A stretch of DNA of 64,000 nucleotides from Octopus vulgaris (Eukaryota). Location of the stretch: NCBI GenBank assembly GCA_951406725.2, contig OX597814.1, positions 164,610,001 to 164,674,000 on the forward strand. The letters are read 5' to 3'. A program made the translations under genes and the position numbers. Position 1 is the first letter of the stretch, and every line of letters starts with the position of its first letter. Positions 53,991 to 64,000 of the stretch are shown in pieces. A model generated the notes under the pieces. It searched no databases and was not told the DNA's origin. It saw only the letters and a list, made by a program, of their open reading frames with translations.

Positions 53991-54850
53991 CTATAAATAT
54001 GTACTTGAGGTCATAAAAATTGGGAGACATTAATTGTATTGTCCTCAGCTGGTCGAAACATGTAACCTTAGAATTTCCTCAAAGGACTGAAAAGGTATTT
54101 ACTTCTACAATAAACAACAGTACACAAAGGCTGTTTACCCGGGAATATTCAAAGCGATAATATGGTTTTGTTTGACTTTCGTGTGATTCATTGTTTTTAG
54201 TATATAATAAGAAAATTATAGTAAAATGCCTTGTTTCTTTACATATATACATTTACACACACACACACGAAATTTAATCATTCTACCACCGGTTTTGGAT
54301 TCCTTGTGTGTAGCTTTATTTATGAGAAAGCTGTTCGACACTCTCTAGTCGCTAGTCGCCACATTATATTTCACAATGATCTTGGATAAATATGTATACA
54401 GTAGTGTATGTATGTAACTTAAATACACTTATAATAATTTCTGTATTTGTATTTCACAATAGTTTTGGATAAATAAGTATCCATATGTGTAGCTATGTAA
54501 GTTTGATACACTTATAATTATTTATTTATTTAATACATTTATAGTGATTATGATAATAATAATTACAATAGTGCTGTCATTATTCGCTACAAGGTCACCG
54601 AAACAAGAACTAAGCTATAACGTTAATTTGTTTATGGTAAGAGTAATGTCAGAAGTCAGTAAAATGTGGAAAAGCTGAGATCATATACTGAGTCGGTATA
54701 AAGTTTCTGGGCAGAGAGAGTTTTTTTTTTTCAAACTGTTAAACTTGAACAAAATATTTTCACTAAATCGAGCGATCTTGCAGTTATCCACTACACACTA
54801 GTATAAACACACCAGTGCACACACTGATGTATTCATACATACATACATAG

Positions 54851-54904
<54 letters not shown>

Positions 54905-54915
54905 TACATACACAC

Positions 54916-54946
<31 letters not shown>

Positions 54947-55599
54947 CATACATACATACATACATACATACATACATACATACATACATACATAGAGAGA
55001 TATATACATATATACTTGCATAACTATGATTAGGTAGATAATGTGAGGGAACATTAAGAAACCTCCTCACCTCACCTCGAAAAAGCAGTCAGTATTAATA
55101 TTTCCATACCATGTATTCACAGTTGCATTCACAAACCTAGAAATATAAAACACAATCGGAAACGTACGCTCACGCCCACATACTTCTGCATCACACACCC
55201 AAATAATCAACCTCATGGGAGAGTTCTATAAAGAAGGAAACACCCATACCGAACGAAATGAATGGAAACCTCTATAGATAAAAAAATGAAAAAAATTGCC
55301 TATGTATCGAAATAGTGTGGCTTTCCAAATTCAGCTCTGTTCTTGATCAGCGGCCTATATATGTGTACACCCCACCATCCAAACGACACATACTCCGATA
55401 CATATGAATACTCATACCTTCACACAGGCGCATGTGTTTATACAGGCACACATGCGTGTATATCTGTGTGAGCCTGCTCGTAACTAGAAGGTAGTACGCT
55501 TCCTTAGATATGAGGTTGCTTGTAGTGTTGGGTTTAATTCATCCAATGGTTATTAAACGATAATTTTTTTCTTATGGTTTCAGCTATATATCCTTTTTC

Positions 55600-55979
55600 T
55601 ATTCTAGGCACAAGGCCCAAGATTTTAGGGGATGACACCTGTCCATTAGATCGACTCCAGTACCCAACTGGTACTTAATTTATCGACTCCGAAAGGATGA
55701 AAGGCAAAGTCGACCTCGGCGGAATTTGAACTCAGATCGTAAAGACAGCCGAAATACCTATTTCTTTACTGCCCACAAGGGGCTACACACAGAGGGGACA
55801 AACAAAAAGATTAAGTTGATTATATCGACCCCGTGCATAACTGGTACTTATTTAATCGACCTCGAAAGGATGAAAGGCAAAGTTGACCTCGGCGGAATTT
55901 GAACTCAGAACATAGCGGCAGACGAAATACCGCTAAAGATTTCGCCCACCGTCCTAACGTTTCTGCCAGCTCGCCGCCT
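55600..55979 (-). mobile_element. SINE-A dimer whose second unit has the variant tail
   Basis: Junction after 55757 equivalent to the other multimers. Confidence 0.85.
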
Positions 55980-56162
55980 TCAGCTATGTATGTTAATGTA
56001 TACAATATCATTTTGCGTATTCGCTAATCTGTTGACAATAAGACTTTTAGGAAGGTTTTTCACCAACGTCTCAGTGTTCGTGTATACATGCATGCATACA
56101 TACATAAATACATATGCACTTATGCATACATACACATATATAATGTCTCTTCCTATATATAA

Positions 56163-56564
56163 TACTCTTTTATTTGTTTCACTTATGTGACTGTGACCAT
56201 GCTGGAGCACCGCCTTGAGTCGAGCAAATCGACCCCAGGACTTATTCTTTGTAAGCCTAGTACTTATTCTATCGGTCACTTTTGCCGAACCGCTAAGTTA
56301 CGGGGACGTAAACACACCAGCATCGGTTGTCAAGCGATGTTGGGGGGACAAACGCAGACACACAAACATATACGCACACACATATATGAATACATATATA
56401 CAGCAGGCTTCTTTCAGTTTCCGTCTACCAAATCCACTCACAAGGATTTGGTCGGCCCGAGGCTATAGTAGAAGACACTTGCCCAAGGTGCCACGCAGTG
56501 GGATTGAAAATGGAACCATGTGGTTGGTAAGCAAGCTACTTACCATACAGCCACTCCTACGCCT
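56163..56564 (-). mobile_element. SINE family B, full length
   Basis: Complete reverse copy; further partial or degenerate plus-strand copies at 57372-57530 and 59298-59930. Confidence 0.9.
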
Positions 56565-56907
56565 ATATAATCTATATATTTATAGTATTTCTATATATAT
56601 GCATATATATGATGGACTCTCACGTTGAAGATGACATATTAGTGTTCAGTTTTTGCCAAACGACCAGCACATGTTGTTTATAGTGATCAAATGCATGTGC
56701 TGTACATTAGCTCCCTCTCTCCATCAAATCGACGCGTCAGGTGTCGAAGTGATCGCAGAGCAACGTAAGATGAAGTGTTTTGTTTAATAACACGACTCAC
56801 CACCCAGGTTAGGAATTGAAACGACAATCTCGTGATCGTGAGCGCAACGCCTTAACCACTTGGCCGACAAAGCAAAGACACTCGACACATTTGGTAGGAC
56901 TTACATA

Positions 56908-57100
56908 TCTATTATATAAAATCCGTTCTGTGTGTGTGTGTGTGTCTTCTAGGACCTTGGGCATCCTCCATCCGATTGCGCTCATATGTAGATACCGACG
57001 GTATCAGGGCGTGTATAAGTCTTGAAAAAATTACAAAAATCGATTCCAGGTGAGAATGCGATCGATAAAGTGAATAAAATCGTTTTTCTTTAGAATAAAA
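56908..57100 (+). mobile_element. Possible Helitron 5' end
   Basis: A|TCTATTATATAAAATCC..(TG)n..CATCCGATT; 3' CTRR end not located. Confidence 0.4.
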
Positions 57101-57692
57101 AAAAAAAATCTATATTTATTTCTTCTTTTGCTGGTGTCTCAAATTCAGGTTAAATCAGTGTTTCTCAAACGGGAGGCCTATGGGACGGTCGGACAAGTTG
57201 TTTTGAGAAAATTTGGTTTAAATGCTTGACAACTCAGCACCGTCCGTTGGACGAGGGGCGTTTTGCTCGTATTATTTATATTATTTAAAACTAATTTCAC
57301 TCAGCTCCATACAACTTAAAGTTTCGTAGGTAAGTAGAACGAACCCATTTCAATAGGCATATAGAAATGTATGCGTAGTTGTGTGGTAAGAGGCATGCTG
57401 CTCAACCATATGGTTCGGAGTTCAGTCTCACTGCGTGTCACCTTGGGCAAGTGTCTTCTACTACAGCCTCGGGCTGGCCAAAGCCTTGTGAGTGGATTTG
57501 TTAGGCGGAAACTGAAAGAAGCCCGTCATATACATGTGTGTGTGTGTGCGTGTATATATATATATATATGTGTGTGTGTGTAAGTGTGGGTATACATATA
57601 TATTGTAGAAATCTATATACCACTTTATGACTTAAAATGTATATGCTTGAAGGAGAGGGAGGACATAGCAAACAGGTTAATACATACATACA

Positions 57693-57755
<63 letters not shown>

Positions 57756-58090
57756 TGCTTTCTAAGTACAGGTACTAAAGAACACGATTTGAATGAACAG
57801 TGTAGCTCATTAGTTCGATTTCAATACTTAGTATTACTTCATTTTATCGAACTCAAAGGGATAAATACCCAAGTGACTTTGGTGGAATTTGAACTTAGGA
57901 TGTAAATCTATGTAACTAAGTACAACAGAGTATTTTGTCCGTCGTTTCAGTTTCCCGCTACTGCTAATCGGCCACGAAAGTTGATGTAAATATAGTTAAA
58001 AAATGGTAACGTAGTTAAGATGCAGGATTTCCTTAATATGACAGCCATTTAATATCGAACGTGATTTTGTTAAATATGTATGTGCCTATG

Positions 58091-58131
<41 letters not shown>

Positions 58132-58879
58132 TTCATGAGTTATTCGTCAGATTGTTGGTGATTGAGGGTGTGTAAATATTGGGCTGTATTTAGGGTATCA
58201 GATGGCCTTAATCTGGGCTGGTATATAATAATTACGGCGTAATAGTCCATGTAAAAGTATAAGATTTCTCGGATACAGTAACACAGCAGATGTTATCAGT
58301 CCACAGAAGCATGATGAAAGTCAATGATACAATTCAAGCCAACGAAGGAGCGCTTGCCCTAAGAAACAACACTGGATAACGTAGTCCTAGATATAGTTTT
58401 TCTTTAAAAAAAACACCTTTAGTCGTAGTTTGGACGCCTTTGATACTAGCCCTGCTTAATCAGAGATTACTTGATCTAAACTGAGAACTAAGAAAGCAAA
58501 CAAAAGAACAAAAAAATCAGACGTTACGAAATATGTCAAGACAATGTTGATTTCGGCGAGATTTGCCTTCAGAATGTAAAGAGTAGTCGTAAATACAGCA
58601 TAGTACTAATGATAATAATAAGAATTATTTCTAAGATGGACAAGAGGCTAATAATTTTAGAGGGTGGGTGTTACATGATATAAGCCACGGTATTTGACTA
58701 ATACCTTGTTTAACGACTCCGGAGAGATGAAAGGCAATGTTAGCCTCGGTCGAATTAGAATTCAGAAAGGGAAGAGTAAGAAAATGTATTTGAGGTATTT
58801 CGCCCAACACACGAACGAATCTGCCAATCTACTGATCAAATAGTAATAATAATAATACTAAGCAAGAACAATAATAGTT

Positions 58880-59268
58880 TGGAAGCACTCCGTCGGTTAC
58901 GACGACGAGGGTTCCGGTTGATCCGATCAACGGAACAGCCTGCTCGTGGAATTAACGTGTAAGTGGCTGAGCACTCCACAGACACGTGTACCCTTAACGT
59001 AGTTCTCGGGGATATTCAGCGTGACACAGAGAGTGACAAGGCCGGCCCTTTGAAATACAGGTACAACAGAAACAGGAAGTAAGAGTGAGAGAAAGTTGTG
59101 GTGAAAGAGTACAACAGGGATCACCACCATCCCTGCCGGAGCCTCGTGGAGCTTTAGGTGTTTTCGCTCAATAAACACTGACAACCCCCGCCCGCCCGGT
59201 CTGGGAATCGAAACCGCGATCCTACGACCGCGAGTCCGCTGCCCTAACCACTGGGCCATTGCGCCTCC
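58880..59268 (-). mobile_element. SINE family C, tail type 1
   Basis: TSD ACAATAATAGT at 58868-58878 and 59271-59281. Confidence 0.92.
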
Positions 59269-59440
59269 ACACAATAATAGTACTGATTTCTTTATTAGGC
59301 ATGGATGCGTGGTAGAGAAGCATGCTCTCCAACCATGTGGTCTTCGGTTCAGTTCCGGTGCATAGCACCTTCAGTAAGTGTCTTCCGCCGACCAAAGCAG
59401 TTTGAGTGGATTTGGTAGACAGAAATTGAAAATAATCCCG

Positions 59441-59486
<46 letters not shown>

Positions 59487-60181
59487 GTGCAGGCGAGAGA
59501 GAGAGAGTATATGTGTGTGTATACATATATATATGTGTGTGTTTGTGTGTATGTGTGTGTGTATGTGCGCGCGTATGTGTATGTGTAAACATATATAGGC
59601 ATGTGTATGTGTGTGCGTGTGTATGTGAGATATATATATATATAGATATGTGTGTGTGCGCGTGTGCATGTGTGCGCGTTGTGTGTGTATGCGTTTGTAT
59701 ATGTTTGTATATGTTTTTCCCCAACTACCACTTGACAACTAATGTTATTTTATTTTCCTTGTCCTCCGAAGCTAGCTGTTCGGCAATAAAAAACCGATAC
59801 AATAAAAATACCAGGTTTAAAAATATATATGCAGGAGTTGATTTGTTCGACTAAACCCCACCGCCTCCAAGGCAGTGCCCAATCGTGGATGCAGTCCAAC
59901 GACCAAAATAATTAAAAGACAAAAGATAAAAAAGCTTCCATTAAGAGGCTGTTCGACCGTCTAGAAGTTGTATCTAAACCACCATTAAATCACACCCTTC
60001 CTTCTTAAATAAAATTTGGACACATTTGAAATTGTAATCCTGCATACAGAATGCTCTTGGTAATGAGGGTGCCAGATTGGGTGTAAGTTTGAGAAACACA
60101 TGCATACACGCACGTGGACACACAGGTACACGCACACATGCACATGCAGGCGCGCATAATAGCCAGTCATGTGGGATTCTT

Positions 60182-60402
60182 ATTTCTTTATTGCCCACAA
60201 GGGGCTAAACATAGAAGGGACAAACAAGGACAGACAAAGTCGATTATATCGACCCCAGTGGGTAACTGCTACTTAATTTATCGACCCCAAAAGGATGAAA
60301 GGCAAAATCGATCTCGGCGGAATTTGAACTCAGAACGTAACGGCAGACGAAATACGGCTACGCATTTCGCCTGGTATGCTAACGTTTCTGCCAGCTCACC
60401 AT
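60182..60402 (-). mobile_element. SINE family A
   Basis: 22-bp TSD TAGCCAGTCATGTGGGATTCTT at 60160-60181 and 60407-60428. Confidence 0.92.
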
Positions 60403-62204
60403 CTTTTAGCCAGTCATGTGGGATTCTTTTAACATTTTTAGATCTATCAGTATGTTAGAGAGAGAGAGGAGGGGGAGAGAGAGAAAGAAAGAAAGGCAGA
60501 AAGAGAGAGAGGGAGAGAAAGAAAGAAAGGCAGAAAGAGAGAGAGTAACATGAATTATGTGTAGCACGTGAAATAGTTACCCAACCAATAATTGTAACTC
60601 TTTTGTTCGTTTTTGATTTTTTTTTTTTGAGATGTAAAACCATGTTTTCTAAATTGTAGAGTGGACTCAGTGCATTACTGCTAGTTATTTAATCGATATT
60701 TATTTGTCTAATCGATATCTATTTGTTTAATCGAAGAATGAAAAGCAGTTGACATTCGTAGAATTTGAACTCGGAACAGAACACCAAGGATGTTCTTTTT
60801 TATTTTTATTTTACAAGCTATAATTTCAGTCAATTTCCAACACAAAACCATCTCCAACATCGTCCGTCCATTTCAGCTGCTTCCTTTCATCTTCATTACA
60901 CCCCACTCATCATCAACATACCCTGTTCATTTTCGTTTCACCCTACAATCCTCACTACACCCGATCGTCTCTACTCTATTCGGCTATTCCACCGGCTTAA
61001 ATAGAGTAGTTAATGATATGAACATCGAATACTTTAAACTTCGCCAGAAATCAGATTGTCAATCAATAAGAATTAGAAGAAATGAACACTGCAATTTTAA
61101 TTGCTAATTAGTTGGCATCCCCATGAGCTAAATGTACGGAATCTAATTAGAAAGTTATTGAAAACTACATTTTGCAATGGATTTATGGTTGGAATAGTTT
61201 TGCGGTTGGTTGATTAAGATAACCGATTCGTAATGAAACGCATTGCAGACCACTTATTGAGGAAACATCGATATGAACAGAAACAAATAAATTTACTGTT
61301 TCCTCGTGCTCAAAAGAAAGAAAAAATAGCATCATCCAATAAGAAAACAAACCTATCAAGAACAATACCGAAAACAGATTGAAAACAGATGTTATAGAAA
61401 GTCAATAATATTTGGTATAAAAATTATATGAAATATAAACAAAATACAAATGAAATATGTATGAAATATAAACAAAAGATAAAATATAAATACATGAAAT
61501 ACTAACAAAAGATAAAATTGAAAAAATATTCGTGCACCAAACGCTCCAAAGATGTGTTCTCACACCCTTTATGAAAGAAGCGAAGATTATGCAAATTATA
61601 TGGAGTTCTCTAAATATAAAGGTCTAATGAAAAACTTCCGACCAAAGCAAAAGCCTCAAGGCACCTGCTAACTAATTAAAAGAAGAAAAAAATGAATGTA
61701 CAAATTACTTGAAGAGATAATACAAAACAAATATAAAGAATGTTTAAGTGTTTAATTGGAATCCAAGTGGATCGAAAATATAGGAGCTTTGTCTAAAGGG
61801 GTTGAGAAGTGAGAAGTATAATAGAATTTTGTAAGTTTGCAGAGATCGTAACGGAGTCCCAGTTAGAATCCGGAAAGCTAAATATCTTTTTGTTGAGAAA
61901 TGTTCGACGACATCATTCGTTGTTCGGACGGGATATTTTTTTGCGTGAACTAAAATGGTGAGAGAAGTAATTTTAATAAGGGACAATGCGTGATTTCATA
62001 TAGGAGCTATATCCAAGATTGTGATTTTTGACGCAAAACAGTGCAACTTGAGATAGGATTAAGCTTTTGATTATTTATTTATTTATTATTTATATGTTTT
62101 TGGCAAGCAAGATTTGTATCGAAGTAGATATTTTCTGTCACTCAGTTGGTGTATTCGTATTAAAGAAATGACGTTGGAAAAAGAGCATATGTGTGTGTCC
62201 CCCT

Positions 62205-62263
<59 letters not shown>

Positions 62264-62327
62264 GGTCCCGGGTTGATTCGGGGTTAACCACAGTAAATAA
62301 GGTACTCAATACATAGCAGAGTAAGAA

Positions 62328-62376
62328 GCTTCCTGAAGATTTCTCTTGAATGAAACAGTTCTAGTCCTGTAGAAGC
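62328..62376 (+). ncRNA. Type I hammerhead-like motif in a ~130-bp module (62261-62390) between (TA)n tracts
   Basis: Stem I GCTTC/GAAGC; CTGAAGA; stem II TTC/GAA with a T.T closing mismatch; GAAA; stem III ACAG/CTGT; GUA triplet. Confidence 0.75.
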
Positions 62377-62388
62377 TCCTTCTATATA

Positions 62389-62432
<44 letters not shown>

Positions 62433-62468
62433 GTATATAAGAAATAGAAAGTCCTTGGTACAGTATTA

Positions 62469-62570
62469 TATATTTGAAAATAAATAGAAATGGCTTTTCT
62501 GATAATATTTCCACTTTAATAAAGTGGAAAATTTATCAGAAAAGCCATTTCTATTCATTTTTCAAATATA
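62469..62570. repeat. ~100-bp near-perfect palindrome between TA tracts
   Basis: AATAGAAATGGCTTTTCTGATAA..TTTCCACTTTA mirrored around 62519. Confidence 0.9.
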
Positions 62571-62610
62571 AATATATATATATATAGTATGATATATTTG
62601 TTATATAGTA

Positions 62611-62960
<350 letters not shown>

Positions 62961-63796
62961 TAAGTATATGAATTCTAGTAGGACAATTTATTCTCCTAAC
63001 AGCATCACTGACTGAATCAACAACTGCGAAAACAAACGTTATTCTACATATGCACGCACACACACACACACACACACACGCACACACACACACACACACA
63101 TTTATACATACACAAATGCGTACATTCATACATACTGCAGATTCTTAAAGGCAATATGGAAAGTTAAATGGTGAAAGAAGTTATTTATGTTAGTGTTTCT
63201 CTAGGTGCCACCGCTATTTCAAGGGAATGTAATAATTAAATAAACACACACATATGCAAACACACACGCACGGACGCATATTTATATATATACGTACACC
63301 TATTCTATGTATTTATGTATGTATAACGCATAGCTGACGGAGATGCATGTGTATAAACATGGCATATATTTTGGTTTTGGCACCGTTTCATTCGTCCTAC
63401 CAACTTCACTCTCGAGTAATGACATCTCTTACACACACCATTCCTTCTCTGCAACCCACGAATTCCTTCAAGCAGAGCGAATTCGGGTGAAAATATTTCC
63501 AACATGGTTTTATGAGAAAGCGTTATTATTTTCGGGATCAAAATATAGTGAAACCACAGCAGCAACGGCTGTAACAGCAGTTACAACAACAAAAACACTG
63601 CATTAATTGGATCATTGGCATCGTCATCGTCGTCAAGAGCAATTCCAGTTACAAGAATAACTGTAATAACTGCAATTTTATTAACACCTACATATAGCAG
63701 TAATGATAATATCAACAACAGAACGAGGAAACTTCTATGGTATCCTACAACCTGCTAGAATTAGCAGCAAAATCTCCCTCAAATAATACCCTATGT

Positions 63797-63943
63797 GGAT
63801 CTTTTCTGTTTGATAGACAGAATTTTCTAGTTAACTAAACAATTTGAAACTTCGTATACTGGTAGAATGTGTCAAAAGAAAACATTATTGTAAACAAAAC
63901 TGAAAACAAAATTGTAATTCCGTCTATCAAACAGAAAAGATCC
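63797..63943. mobile_element. 147-bp MITE, Merlin-like
   Basis: 28-bp TIRs (27/28 match) with GG...CC termini and an exact 8-bp TSD CCCTATGT (63789-63796, 63944-63951). Confidence 0.85.
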
Positions 63944-64000
63944 CCCTATGTCTAAGAAAAAAAAAAAGACACATTTGAAAATGTTGTCTCCAGGGACTGT

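Noticed and set aside
61950-62010. VILIRDNA*FH resembling a Tc1/IS630 DNA-x-x-H motif
   Set aside because: Single short motif with a stop, no TIRs or other catalytic motifs.

Overview
AT-rich eukaryotic, almost certainly non-coding DNA saturated with (TA)n, (CA)n, (CATA)n and (GA)n microsatellites and tRNA-derived SINEs. The repeat complement resembles Octopus (cephalopod) genomic DNA; this is recognition, not a database result. No intact protein-coding gene can be supported, and nearly all listed ORFs are microsatellite or SINE translations. Identifiable content: three SINE families (A, B, C), some nested or multimeric; remnants of RLE-type (R4/Dong-like) and possibly RTE LINEs; a Penelope-type GIY-YIG fragment; a Tc1/mariner deletion derivative; a Merlin-like MITE; and Helitron ends. 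The main signal is a set of short, sequence-unrelated modules sitting in or against (TA)n tracts that carry type I hammerhead ribozyme motifs and often fold back on themselves. The best is a ~600-bp near-perfect palindrome at 9054-9653 with a hammerhead on each strand. These look like solo or inverted pseudo-LTRs of several Penelope-like element (PLE) families. Also notable: SINE-A multimers that reuse one precise junction, SINE-C heads with three different tails, a ~1.7-kb long-inverted-repeat structure and a templated complex duplication.
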